From: a bacterium
GTDB taxonomy: Bacteria; UBA8248
Assembly: GCA_963692865.2 (NCBI GenBank)
Contig: OY843592.1
Coordinates: 1,568,001 to 1,632,000 of the forward strand
DNA length: 64,000 bases
Reading direction: 5' to 3'
The notes below the pieces were generated by a model. The model saw nothing but the letters and a program-made list of their open reading frames with translations. It did no database searches and was not told the origin of the DNA. Both the position numbers and the translations under genes were made by a program. The first letter of the stretch is position 1. Every line of letters begins with the position of its first letter. Below, one piece after another: positions 43,465-53,086 of the stretch.

Positions 43465-43905
43465 GTGGAGACCGAGCCATTGTCCGATGTGAGAGGACGC
43501 CCGGATGCGGATGGCTGTTTCGTGTGCGGACCCGCGAACCCGATAGGCCTGAAAATCGCTTTCCGGCTCGATGGCGACGTCTGCCGCGCCGAGTTCACGC
43601 CGCAGTCCGCCCACCAGGGCTACGACGGCGTCACGCACGGCGGCATCGTCTTCAGCGTTCTCGATGACGTCATGGCGAACTGGCTTTTCCTTCAAGGGGT
43701 TCGCGCCTACTCGGCAAAGAGCGAAATCCGCTATCGCGACCCCCTGCCCGTCGGCACCCCCTTGCTCCTGGAGGGGAGGCTCAAGAAGCGAAAGGGCAGG
43801 TTCGTCGTTTTGAAGGGAAAGGCGATACGGGCGGAAGACGGCCGGGCCGTCGCCGAGGCGGAGAGCACGTTCCACGTCGTGGATGAGGGGACGGCGGGAT
43901 CATGA
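43465..43905 (+). CDS. PaaI-family hotdog-fold thioesterase
   Basis: CFVCG..NP.GL..HQGY.G..HGG..LDD; start uncertain (GTG 43465 or TTG 43480). Confidence 0.85.
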   Translation: METEPLSDVRGRPDADGCFVCGPANPIGLKIAFRLDGDVCRAEFTPQSAHQGYDGVTHGGIVFSVLDDVMANWLFLQGVRAYSAKSEIRYRDPLPVGTPLLLEGRLKKRKGRFVVLKGKAIRAEDGRAVAEAESTFHVVDEGTAGS

Positions 43906-45029
43906 AAATCGGGCTGCTCCGGGAAATCAAGCAGGACGAATACCGCGTCGCCTTGACGCCCGGGGCCGTTGAGGCTCTCGCGGAGGCGGGCCACGCCGTG
44001 ATGGTGGAAAAAGGCGCAGGCCTCGACGCCGGCATCGCGGATGCGGAATACGAGGCGGTGGGCGCGCGGGTTGTCCCCTCGGCCGAGGAGCTCTGGGCGG
44101 AGGGAGAGATGATCGTCAAGGTCAAGGAACCCCTGGAGCCGGAATTCCCGTTGATGCGCGAGGGGCAGATTCTGTTCGCCTTTTTGCATCTCGCCGCCTG
44201 CCCGCCCCTGGCGCGCGCGCTCGTGGAGAGCGGAGCCTGCGGCGTCGCGTTCGAGACGGTGACTTCGCCCGAGGGGGTTTTGCCCATCCTCCAGCCCATG
44301 AGCGAGATTGCGGGCCGGATGGCCGTTCAGGAAGGGGCCAAGTATCTGGGAAAGAACCTGGGGGGCCGCGGCGTTCTGCTGGCCGGGGCGCCGGGCGTTC
44401 CCCGTGGGAACGTGGTCATCCTGGGAGCCGGCATCGTGGGGAAGAACGCGGCCAAGATAGCGGTCGGGATGCACGCGGGCGTCACGGTGTTCGACATCAA
44501 CCACGCGCGGCTCGAATACATCGACGATATTTTCGACGGGCGCGTCAAGACGCTGGTCTCCACGCGCTTCACCATACGCGAGGCGCTTCGCGAGGCGGAC
44601 TTGGTTATCGGCGCGGTTTTGGTGCCGGGCGGGCGCACGCCGGTTCTGGTTTCGCGCGAAATGCTCGGGGAGATGAACCCCGGCGCCGTCATCGTGGACG
44701 TGGCGGTGGATCAGGGCGGCTGCGTGGAGACGATACGCCCCACCTATCACTCGGAGCCCACCTACGTCGTGGACGGCGTCGTCCACTACGGGGTGGCGAA
44801 CATGCCGGGCGTCGTCCCCCGCACGAGCGCCATCGCGCTCTCGAACGCCGTACTGCCCTACGCGCTGGAGTTGGCGAACTCCGGCCTGAAAGAAGCGGCG
44901 AGGCGCAATCCGCACTTGGCCTGCGGCCTGAACGTGGCCGGGGGGCGCATCACGCACGCGGGCGTGGCGGAAGCCCTGGGCGTGGAGGGCGCAAGCGCGG
45001 GAGAGGCGCTCGCCTGGAGGGGTTGTTGA
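43902..45029 (+). CDS. ald: Alanine dehydrogenase
   Basis: EIK.DEYRVALTP..KVKEP..PMSEIAGR..DVAVDQGGC.ET..VANMPG. Confidence 0.95.
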   Translation: MKIGLLREIKQDEYRVALTPGAVEALAEAGHAVMVEKGAGLDAGIADAEYEAVGARVVPSAEELWAEGEMIVKVKEPLEPEFPLMREGQILFAFLHLAACPPLARALVESGACGVAFETVTSPEGVLPILQPMSEIAGRMAVQEGAKYLGKNLGGRGVLLAGAPGVPRGNVVILGAGIVGKNAAKIAVGMHAGVTVFDINHARLEYIDDIFDGRVKTLVSTRFTIREALREADLVIGAVLVPGGRTPVLVSREMLGEMNPGAVIVDVAVDQGGCVETIRPTYHSEPTYVVDGVVHYGVANMPGVVPRTSAIALSNAVLPYALELANSGLKEAARRNPHLACGLNVAGGRITHAGVAEALGVEGASAGEALAWRGC

Positions 45030-45774
45030 AAAAGTCCTTGCAGGTCAGTCGGTAATCCCGCCTTAGGTCAGACATATATGTCTGATATATCATGCGGCCC
45101 GGCCTTTTTCGCCTCTCCGGCAACGGGCCGCATGATATGCGGCCCCTACAATCCCCCAAAACCCCTTTGCCAGGGGGCTTTTCTTCCGCTTCCCCGCCGG
45201 GGCATTGCCTTTTTTACCTCCCTGACAAGGGGGGTAGGGGGGGTGGTTTTCCAGCCGAGAGGGATGTCTCCTCTACCCCTCGCGGGGAAGTCGTCTGAAA
45301 AGCAGGCGGGTGTGCGCAAGGGCGATGGTTTCGTAGGGGCCGTTCGAGAACGTCCCACATTCGGGAACGGCCCCTGCAATCGAGATTACACGCCGTCATT
45401 CCGGCGCATGCCGGAATCCAGGGACTTTGCTTTTGAATTCGTCTTTTCGCATGATTGTTTTTCATGGTCGTCCTGCGGTTCGAAATTCACATCGGCTCTG
45501 GATTCCGGCATGCGCCGGAATGACGATCAAAACCGTCGAACCCTCCTCGCGGGTCGGACATATATGTCCGACCCGCAAAATCAACCACTCCCCGGTATGA
45601 CGGCGACGGGATACCGCCTTGCCGGAGGGTGTGTAGGGGTCGCATACCATGCGACCCTGATTTTCTCCACAAGGCGGGCCGCATGATATGTCGGACATAT
45701 ATGTCTGACCTACAAAAACCTTTCCTCCCCGGTCGCGTAAAACACTCGTTTATCAGGACTTTTTCAACAGCCCC
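45019..45774. mobile_element. TIR-bounded non-coding cassette 1 (MITE-like) filled with REP-like palindromes
   Basis: GGGGTTGTTGAAAAAGTCC (45019) and GGACTTTTTCAACAGCCCC (45756-45774); internal A, B, D, H and I hairpins; no coding capacity. Confidence 0.65.
45394..45525. repeat. CGTC-footed REP doublet (family D)
   Basis: CGTCATTCCGGCGCATGCCGGAATCCAG...CTGGATTCCGGCATGCGCCGGAATGACG; also at 52734-52761, 58081-58257 and 62605-62741. Confidence 0.85.
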
Positions 45775-45920
45775 TTGTCAGGGGGTATAAAAGGGCAACG
45801 TCCCTCACCGGGTCGGGGGGTAGAAAAAGACGGTGCGCCTTGCCGAGCCAAGGGGGTATGAAAAGGCGGCGCGCTCCAGCCGGGTGGAGGGGTTTTGCTT
45901 TTTCTTACCCCCCTGACAAA

Positions 45921-46194
45921 GGGGCTGTTGAAAAAGCCCCGCCAAGGGCAACGAACGCTCCTTTCCCGGTCGCGTCGAACCCTCATTCCTCAATCGGGTT
46001 CGACCCCCGCAAACCGCCAACGCCTCTTTCTTCACGCTGAGTAGCCACCGAAGGTGGCGTATCGAAGGGCGAGAGGAGCCGAACGCCTCGCGCCGAGCAA
46101 GAGGCAATCGCTCCCGCATTGGTTGCGATTGACCTTCGATACGCGGCTTCGCCGCTACTCAGGATGAGGCAAGGAGGACTTTTTCAACAACCCC
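45921..46194. mobile_element. TIR-bounded cassette 2 carrying a family E doublet
   Basis: GGGGCTGTTGAAAAAG...CTTTTTCAACAACCCC; flanks GACAAA/GACAAG; internal doublet 46030-46169. Confidence 0.7.
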
Positions 46195-46296
46195 GACAAG
46201 GGGGGGCAGGGGGGTTGGTTTTCAGGCCGGGAACAGGGGGCCCCCTCAAGGGGGGAGTGAAGTTGAAGTTCTTCCCGGTAGAGGGTATCCCCTCGC

Positions 46297-47001
46297 CTAG
46301 CCGCTCTCAGCCGGGGGGCTTTCGTTTTCAGACGTTCTCTTGATGAGGTCCAGCACGAATTTCCCCTGAATTTCCAGGTGCCTGATCACCAGGCGCTCGG
46401 CGCCTCTCCCGTCGTCGTCGAGAATGGCCTGCAGAATTTCGCGGTGCTCGGCCATGGAGCCCTCGAGACGTCCGGGCGCATGGAGCGTGACCACGCGGGT
46501 CTTCATGATCTGCTGCCTGAGGTTCCCGATGAGCCCCTGGAGGCGCGAGTTCCCGCAGGCGCTCGTGATGTGTCGATGGAAATCACGGTTCGCCGCCCAA
46601 TAGGCGTCCACCTCTCCGCGCTCGTGGCGCCGCTTCAAGCGCTCGAAATGTTCATGGAGCTTTCCGTTCGCCTTCCCCTCGCGGAGGTTCGGGGTCGCCA
46701 GGCGCGTGGCGAGGCCCTCCAGCACGCTCGTGATGGCGTAGATGTCCAGCACCTCGTCCTCGCTCACGAGGCTCACGTGCGCCCCCTTGTGCGGGACGAC
46801 GGTGATGTAGCCTTCCGCCGCGAGTTCCCGGAAGGCTTCGCGCAGCGGCGTTCTGCTCACGCCCATGGATTCCGTGAGCGTCGTCTCGACCAGCTTGTCT
46901 CCCGGCTGGAAGATGCCGTTCAGGATGGCGTCCTTTATCTGCTCGGAGGCCATCTTGCTCAGGGATTTGGGTTTTTCGATCTGGACGCCCGGTATACGCA
47001 T
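46297..47001 (-). CDS. GntR family (FadR/VanR-type, FCD domain) transcriptional regulator
   Basis: PGDKL.E..L...MGVSRTPLREA..L.AEG HTH; N..FH and EH..I..AI FCD motifs. Confidence 0.93.
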   Translation of the reverse strand: MRIPGVQIEKPKSLSKMASEQIKDAILNGIFQPGDKLVETTLTESMGVSRTPLREAFRELAAEGYITVVPHKGAHVSLVSEDEVLDIYAITSVLEGLATRLATPNLREGKANGKLHEHFERLKRRHERGEVDAYWAANRDFHRHITSACGNSRLQGLIGNLRQQIMKTRVVTLHAPGRLEGSMAEHREILQAILDDDGRGAERLVIRHLEIQGKFVLDLIKRTSENESPPAESG

Positions 47002-47106
47002 ATCAATCCCCAAACGACCCCTTGTAAGATTGTTGAAACAGTCCCCTAAAAGCAGGGAATGGATTTCTCAATCGACATACGCATCATGAAACCACTCCCC
47101 CCTTGA

Positions 47107-47279
47107 GGGGGCTGTTGAAAAACCCGGAGAGAGACAATTTGTTTGTAGGGGCCGCATATCATGCGGCCCGCCGCCGGAGGGGCGAAAATGCCGGGCCGCA
47201 TGATATGCGGCCCCTACAAAAACCTTTCCTCCCCGGTCGCGTAAAACACTCGTTCATCAGGACCTTTTCAACAGCCCCC
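47107..47279. mobile_element. TIR-bounded cassette 3 carrying a perfect family A REP doublet
   Basis: GGGGGCTGTTGAAAA...TTTTCAACAGCCCCC; GTAGGGGCCGCATATCATGCGGCCC (47145) and its inverse ending at 47217. Confidence 0.7.
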
Positions 47280-47338
47280 GTATGGAGCGTTGACGGCCGG
47301 ATGCCGGAGAAGCCTCCGAAAGTATCCATGCTTTCCCC

Positions 47339-48529
47339 TCATACCACGCCTTCATCCCGGAGGGCGCTTCTTTGCGCCTCGTCCATGCCGAGGACGGATT
47401 CGAGCACCTCGTCGGTGTGCTGGCCCAGCGCGGGCGGGGGCGTGCGCACGGCGCCCGGGGTCTCGGAGAGCTTGATGGGAACGCCGGTCACCTTCGTGGG
47501 ACCGGCGACGGGCACGTCTACGTCCACCACCATCTCGCGCGCGAGCACCTGGGGGTCGCTCAACACCTGCGCGAGGTTGTTGATGGGGCCGCACGGGATG
47601 CCCGCTCCCCGCAGGGTTTCGAGCGTCTCTCCCACCGTCTTCCCGGCGAAGAAGGCGTCGAGAATCTCCTGGAGCTCCAGGCGGTTGTCCACCCGGTCCT
47701 TGTTGACGGCGAACTTTGGGTCTTCCTTGATGTCCCCCAGCCCCATGGCGTCGCAGAACCTGCGCCAGAGGCTGTCGTTGCCCACGCCGAGGTTGAAGTA
47801 TCCGTCCCTGCACGCATACATCTCGTACGGCGTGATGGAGGGATGCTTGTTCCCCCGCCTGGGCGGAAGCTTTCCGGTCCCGAAGTAGTTGTTCGCGTGG
47901 TAGGTCAGCAGGGCCACCTGCCCGTCGAGCATGCCGACGTCGACCATCTGCCCCACGCCCGTCTTCTCGCGGTGGTAGAGGGAGAGCAGAACCCCCTGGG
48001 CGGCGAGCATTCCCGCCGTGATGTCCGCGATGGACGCGCCGAATTTGCTCGGCGGGCCGTCGGGCTCTCCGGTGATGCTCATGATCCCGCCCTCGCCCTG
48101 GATGACCACGTCGAAGCCGGGCTCGCTCCTTCTGGGGCCCGTCTGGCCGAAGCCCGAGAGCGAGGCGAAAATGACCGCGGGGTTGATGCGGTGAATTTCC
48201 TCCCAGGAAAAGCCGAGCTTGTCCAGCGCGCCGGGCCTGAAATTCTCCACGACGACATCGCCTTTGCGGATCAAATCCCGCAGAAGCTCCTTGCCGCGCT
48301 CGTCCTTCAGGTTGAGCGTGAGGCTTTTCTTGTTGCGGTTGATCGAGATGAAGTACGTGCTCACCCCGTTCAGAAAGGGAGGCCCCCAGCCCCGCGTGTC
48401 GTCCCCGCCCTTGGGATGTTCGATCTTGATGATTTCCGCGCCCATGTCGCCCAGCATCATGGTGCAGTAGGGTCCCGCGAGAATTCGCGTGAGGTCGACG
48501 ACCCGGATTCCTTCCAGTGGTCCAGCCAT
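47339..48529 (-). CDS. Class III CoA-transferase (CaiB/BaiF family)
   Basis: PL.GIRVVDL..AGPYC..GAE.IKIE..NRNKKS..ENFRPG..SGFGQ.GP..GFD..PP.LGQHT. Confidence 0.95.
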   Translation of the reverse strand: MAGPLEGIRVVDLTRILAGPYCTMMLGDMGAEIIKIEHPKGGDDTRGWGPPFLNGVSTYFISINRNKKSLTLNLKDERGKELLRDLIRKGDVVVENFRPGALDKLGFSWEEIHRINPAVIFASLSGFGQTGPRRSEPGFDVVIQGEGGIMSITGEPDGPPSKFGASIADITAGMLAAQGVLLSLYHREKTGVGQMVDVGMLDGQVALLTYHANNYFGTGKLPPRRGNKHPSITPYEMYACRDGYFNLGVGNDSLWRRFCDAMGLGDIKEDPKFAVNKDRVDNRLELQEILDAFFAGKTVGETLETLRGAGIPCGPINNLAQVLSDPQVLAREMVVDVDVPVAGPTKVTGVPIKLSETPGAVRTPPPALGQHTDEVLESVLGMDEAQRSALRDEGVV

Positions 48530-48542
48530 GAGTGTCGCTCCG

Positions 48543-49667
48543 TCAGGTTCGGATGAGTGAAATCAGCACGCCGGCCGCAATCGCCGAGCCGATGACGCCC
48601 GCCACGTTGGGGCCCATCGCGTGCATGAGCAGAAAATTTCCCGGATTCTCGTCGGCCCCCACCTTCTGGACGACGCGCGCCGCCATGGGAACCGCGCTCA
48701 CGCCCGCAGCGCCGATGAGCGGATTGATCGGCGTGCGGCTGAACGCGGCCATGATCTTGCCGAATATCACGCCGGTGGCCGTGCCGATGCCGAAGGCGAT
48801 GAAGCCCAGCAGGAGGATGCCGATGGTCTGCCACTTGAGAAAAGTCTCGGCCGTCATCGAGGCGCCCACCGAGACGCCGAGGAAAATCGTCACGATGTTG
48901 AGCAGCGCGTCTTCGGAGGTCTTCAGGAGCCTCTCCACGACGCCGCACTCGCGGAAGAGGTTCCCGAGCATGAGCATCCCGATGAGGGGCGCCGCCGAGG
49001 GCAGGAGAAGGCCCGTGAGCAGCGTCGTGACGATGGGGAAGAGGATGCGGACGGGCTTTTCGATCTCCTTGAGTTGCATCATCTCCCGCGAGCGCTCCTC
49101 CCCGGTGGTGAGCGCCTTCATGATGGGGGGCTGAATCATCGGGACGAGCGCCATGTAGCTGTAGGCGGCGACGGCGATGGGGCCGAGCAGGTGGGGCGCC
49201 AGCTTCGAGGCGGTGTAGATGGCCGTGGGGCCGTCCGCGCCGCCGATGATGCCGATGGCGCCCGCTTCCGAGAGGTTGAAGCCCAGGAATATGCTCCCGA
49301 GCAGCGTGGCGAAGATGCCGAACTGCGCCGCCGCGCCCAGGAGCAGCGTCTTGGGGTTCGCCAGCAGCGGCCCGAAATCCGTGAGCGCCCCGATGCCCAT
49401 GAAGATCAAAGGCGGGAACACGCCCGCCTTCACCCCGAAGTAGAAATAGTTGATGAGGCCGCCTTTGTCGAAAATACCGGTTTCGGGCAGGTTCGAGAGC
49501 AGCATGCCGAACCCGATGGGCACCAGCAGCAGGGGCTCGAAGCCCTTGTGGATGGCCAGGTAGAGCAGGAGGCAGGAAATGCCGAGCATGAGGGCGTCGC
49601 CCGCGCCCAGCGACGAGAACCCGGTGAGGGAGATGAACTCGGCGACCGAGTGGAACAGGCGGCTCAT
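48543..49667 (-). CDS. Na+-translocating decarboxylase beta subunit (OadB/MmdB)
   Basis: [47 protein letters not shown]; ATG overlaps the upstream stop. Confidence 0.95.
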   Translation of the reverse strand: MSRLFHSVAEFISLTGFSSLGAGDALMLGISCLLLYLAIHKGFEPLLLVPIGFGMLLSNLPETGIFDKGGLINYFYFGVKAGVFPPLIFMGIGALTDFGPLLANPKTLLLGAAAQFGIFATLLGSIFLGFNLSEAGAIGIIGGADGPTAIYTASKLAPHLLGPIAVAAYSYMALVPMIQPPIMKALTTGEERSREMMQLKEIEKPVRILFPIVTTLLTGLLLPSAAPLIGMLMLGNLFRECGVVERLLKTSEDALLNIVTIFLGVSVGASMTAETFLKWQTIGILLLGFIAFGIGTATGVIFGKIMAAFSRTPINPLIGAAGVSAVPMAARVVQKVGADENPGNFLLMHAMGPNVAGVIGSAIAAGVLISLIRT

Positions 49668-50071
49668 GAGACCTCCAGCAGCAGTTGGGAGGCGTCCACC
49701 TTGTCGCCCTTGCGAACGTGAACCGCCTGCACGACGCAGTCCGAATCCGCGAGGATCACGTTCTCCATCTTCATCGCTTCCAGCACCAGAAGCGTATCCC
49801 CGGCTCTCGCCGAATCGCCCGGGGCGACCTCGACGGAGAGCACCACGCCCGGAAGGGGAGCGAGTATCCTGCCGCCGACGTTCGCCGCCCTGGGCGCGGA
49901 CTTGCGCGCGGCGGCGGAGGGACGGGGAGCGGCGGCGGCCTTCTCCTCCTCTTCCACCTGAACGCGATGCGTCTGTCCGTCCACCGTGATTTCGAGTTCG
50001 TTCGAGCCGGGGCCGCGCTCCACGCTCACCGCGTAGCGTTTTCCGTTGATGGTCAGATGGAAATTTCTCAC
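49664..50071 (-). CDS. Biotin carboxyl carrier subunit (MmdC-like)
   Basis: APLPG..EAMKMEN biotinylation motif; Ala/Pro-rich linker. Confidence 0.93.
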   Translation of the reverse strand: MRNFHLTINGKRYAVSVERGPGSNELEITVDGQTHRVQVEEEEKAAAAPRPSAAARKSAPRAANVGGRILAPLPGVVLSVEVAPGDSARAGDTLLVLEAMKMENVILADSDCVVQAVHVRKGDKVDASQLLLEVS

Positions 50072-50388
50072 CGCCGCCTCCGCCGGCTGATTTGGCCCTG
50101 GCGGGCGGTTCGCGCCCAGAGGGAATTCGCGTTCCGGCGCACCGGGGGAACGTACGCCTCCGGTGTTTCGGTTTCGAGGAAATAACCGGCGGCGGCGGCG
50201 AGAACGAGTTCCATATCTTCGCCTTCAGACGAGGTTTTCTGCTCCTCGTCGCCCGAGCCTGTTTCTCCACTTCCCGAGCCGAAGAATTTCTCCAGAAGCA
50301 TGATGACCGCCATCAGCACGATCAGGGAGCCGAAGACGACGCCCATGCCGATGATCGTCAGCAAAAATCCGGGTATGAATGCGTCCAC
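50068..50388 (-). CDS. OadG-family membrane anchor subunit (MmdD-like)
   Basis: GMGVVF..LI.L TM helix; E...AAAA; C-terminal W...AR. Confidence 0.85.
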   Translation of the reverse strand: MDAFIPGFLLTIIGMGVVFGSLIVLMAVIMLLEKFFGSGSGETGSGDEEQKTSSEGEDMELVLAAAAGYFLETETPEAYVPPVRRNANSLWARTARQGQISRRRRR

Positions 50389-50404
50389 GGGGTAATCCTT
50401 ATCC

Positions 50405-51967
50405 TTAAAGCGGAATGTTTCCGTGTTTTTTCCGCGGCCTGTCCTCGCGCTTGTGCGCGGTCATCTCCAAGGCGCGGATGAGCGCCCCCCTCGTCCGGCG
50501 CGGCTCGATGATGACGTCCACCAGCCCGTATTTCGCCGCCGTGTAGGGCGTGGCGAAAAGGCTTCGGTATTCCGCTATCTTCTCCGCCCGCATCTTCTCG
50601 GGGTCCTCTGCTTCGCCGATCTCGCGCCGGAAGATGACGTTGGCCGCCCCTTCGGGACCCATCACGGCGATCTCGGCGAACGGATACGCCAGCACCCGGT
50701 CGTAGCCCAGGCCGAACCCGCTCATGGCGATGTAGGCGCCGCCGTAGCTCTTGCGGACGATGAGCGCGATTTTCGGCACGTTCGCCTCGCTGTAGGCGAA
50801 GAGCACCTTGGCCCCGTGGCGGATGACGCCGCCGTATTCCTGCTGGGCGCCGGGCAGGTAGCCGGGTACGTCCACGAAGTTGACGAGGGGGAGGTTGAAG
50901 GCGTCGCAGAAGCGCACGAAACGCGCGAGCTTGTCGGAGCTGTCGATGTCCAGGACGCCGGCCAGGTGCGCGGGCTGGTTCCCCACGACGCCGACGGGCC
51001 TTCCCTTAAGGCGCGCGAACCCGACGACGATGTTCTTGGCGAAATCGGCCTGAACCTCCAGGAAATCGCCCTCGTCGAAGACGTTGGCCACCAGATCGCG
51101 CACGTCGTAGGCGCTCGTGGCCTCCTGCGGGACGACCCCGTCGAGTTCGGGGTTCTCGTCCGGCGGCCACGCGGGCGGGTCGGACAGGGGAGGGTCGTCC
51201 AGGTTGTTCGAGGGCAGGAAGGAGAGCAGCTTCTTCACCGTCTCGAAGCACTCGCGCTCGTCCCTGGCGAGGAAATGCGCGTTCCCGCTCGTCGAGTTGT
51301 GCACCGCGCCGCCGCCCAGCTCCTCGACGGATACGTCTTCTCCCGTCACCGCCTTGATGACTTCCGGCCCCGTGATGAACATCTTGCTCAGCCCGTCGAC
51401 CATGAAGACGAAGTCCGTGATGGCGGGCGAGTAGACGGCGCCGCCCGCGCAGGGGCCGACGATGACCGATATCTGCGGAATCACGCCCGACGCCTGGGTG
51501 TTGTTGTGGAAGATTTGCGCGTAGCCGTGGAGCGCCAGGACGCCCTCGTGGATGCGCGCGCCGCCCGAATCGAGGATGGTGACGATGGGCGCGCCCGCCT
51601 TCATGGCGAGTTCCTGCACCTTCACGATTTTTTCCGCGTGCATCTCCCCCAGCGAGCCGCCGAGGGCGCCGAAATCCTGCGAGGCCACGAAGACGAGCTG
51701 GCCGTTCACGTACCCGCTGCCCGTGATGACGCCGTCGCCCGGCGTGCGGCGCTTGTCCATCCCGAAATCCGTCGCGCGCGTCTCCACGAAAAGGTTGAGT
51801 TCGGAGAAACTACCGGGGTCGAGGAGCAGGTCGACCCGCTCCCTGGCGGTCAGCTTCCCCTGCTTGTGCTGGCGCTCTTTCGCCGCCTCGCCGCCCAGCG
51901 CCTGCGCCTCCGAGGTGAGGGCTTTCAGTTCGTCTATCGGGTCCGGTCGATTCGGATCGGGCGGCAA
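50405..51967 (-). CDS. Acyl-CoA carboxyltransferase (methylmalonyl-CoA decarboxylase alpha / PccB-like)
   Basis: GKLTARER..GDGV..DSGGARI.EG..GPCAGGAVYSPA..DVPG..RKSYGGAY..KKHGNIPL; TTG start after AGGAG. Confidence 0.93.
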   Translation of the reverse strand: MPPDPNRPDPIDELKALTSEAQALGGEAAKERQHKQGKLTARERVDLLLDPGSFSELNLFVETRATDFGMDKRRTPGDGVITGSGYVNGQLVFVASQDFGALGGSLGEMHAEKIVKVQELAMKAGAPIVTILDSGGARIHEGVLALHGYAQIFHNNTQASGVIPQISVIVGPCAGGAVYSPAITDFVFMVDGLSKMFITGPEVIKAVTGEDVSVEELGGGAVHNSTSGNAHFLARDERECFETVKKLLSFLPSNNLDDPPLSDPPAWPPDENPELDGVVPQEATSAYDVRDLVANVFDEGDFLEVQADFAKNIVVGFARLKGRPVGVVGNQPAHLAGVLDIDSSDKLARFVRFCDAFNLPLVNFVDVPGYLPGAQQEYGGVIRHGAKVLFAYSEANVPKIALIVRKSYGGAYIAMSGFGLGYDRVLAYPFAEIAVMGPEGAANVIFRREIGEAEDPEKMRAEKIAEYRSLFATPYTAAKYGLVDVIIEPRRTRGALIRALEMTAHKREDRPRKKHGNIPL

Positions 51968-51984
51968 CGCTCTTCTCCTGAAAG

Positions 51985-52001
51985 TGTATATTGCATACAA
52001 T
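51985..52001. promoter_or_regulatory. Candidate GntR (VanR-subgroup) operator
   Basis: ATTGCATACAAT (51990-52001) is one mismatch from ATTGTATACAAT, with an overlapping TGTATA half-site; lies just 5' of the carboxyltransferase RBS. Confidence 0.55.
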
Positions 52002-52204
52002 CAGCTTTGGGCCGCAAAGTCAAGGGTTTTCAAAAGCCTCGGGAGATATTTTCGGGAGAAAACCGGCGGGGGGGGGAGTGATTGTATATCTCGCGAGGGA
52101 CGGGATTAACCCTCAGGGGGGAGTGTTTCTTCTCTTTCATCGTTCGGACATAACCCAAAAGGGGGAGTGAATTTCTTCTCTCGTCGGTATGCAATGACCC
52201 TCAA

Positions 52205-52408
52205 GGGGCTGTTGAAAAAGCCTGTTCCGGGGTCGGGCGGACACACAGGTCCGCCCCTGCGTTTCGTTTCGCAGAGGTTGGCAGGTCAGACATATATGTC
52301 TGACATATCATGCGACCCGTATTGTGAAGGCGAAAAGGCAGGGCCGCATGATATGCGGCCCCTACGGTGAGATCCCGACCGGCCCGCAAGGGGTTTTTCA
52401 ACAAACCC
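52205..52408. mobile_element. TIR-bounded cassette 4
   Basis: GGGGCTGTTGAAAAAG...TTTTTCAACAAACCC; contains a GGGCGGACACACAGGTCCGCCC hairpin, a B/A hybrid and an A REP. Confidence 0.65.
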
Positions 52409-52518
52409 GTTAAGGGGGGTAGGGGGGGTTGATTTCAAGCCGGGGAAGGACGAGGGCCTGTCCCTACATTCCCCTCGCGTCAATTCCTCCTCCTCGTGCC
52501 TGCGTAGCCCACCCTCCG

Positions 52519-52654
52519 CTTCACCCTGAGTAGCGGCGAAGCCGCGTATCGAAGGGCGAAGTTCGAGCTTGCGGGGTCAAACACGATTGATGAATGAGTG
52601 TTTGCGCGCCTCCTATCCTTCGATACGGCGCATGCGCGCCTACTCAGGATGAGG
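52519..52654. repeat. Family E doublet (C(C/T)TCA.CCTGAGTAG..CGTATCGAAGG)
   Basis: Inverted arms with internal mini-hairpins; also at 46030-46169, 62475-62516 and 63558-63652. Confidence 0.8.
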
Positions 52655-52690
52655 GTTCGGGGCGCCCTTCGATACAAACGCGCCTTTCAC

Positions 52691-52908
52691 GAGGTTGTTG
52701 AAAAAGTCCTCCTCGGTCCGAATTGAGTACCGCCGTCATTCCAGCGAAAGCCGGAATGACGGCGTGTAATCTCGATTGTAGGGGCCGCATATCATGCGGC
52801 CCGTTGCCGGAGAGGCGAAAAAAGCCGGGCCGCATGATATGTCAGACATATATGTCTGACCTACGGCGGGATTACCGACCGGCCCGCAAGGACTTTTTCA
52901 ACAACCCC
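52691..52908. mobile_element. TIR-bounded cassette 5
   Basis: GAGGTTGTTGAAAAAGTCC...GGACTTTTTCAACAACCCC; contains a collapsed D, an A and an A/B hybrid REP. Confidence 0.7.
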
Positions 52909-53086
52909 GTTAAGGGGGGGGGTAGGGGGGGGTGATTTCAAGCCGGAGAAGGACGAGGGACAGGCGCGGGGACCTGTCCCTACGGTCGTCATGATGGTTG
53001 TAACGTAGTGGGCCGTTCTTGAGAACGGCCCACGCGGAGAAACGAGCGCTTCACGAAGCAAACATTCGCCGTCCGCCCGAATCGCC

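Noticed and set aside
45078-46343. Short ORFs in the repeat-rich spacers (also 47103, 52167-53061, 55275, 60237-60678, 62085-62752, 63532-63950)
   Set aside because: They are translations of palindromic repeats (the same peptides recur, e.g. CRGRISCGP, QTYMSD, VIPAKAG), with no RBS or domain signal.
49668-50270. Apparent 575-aa extended beta subunit
   Set aside because: The extension overlaps the biotin-carrier and OadG genes in another frame. The real ATG at 49667 overlaps the upstream stop.
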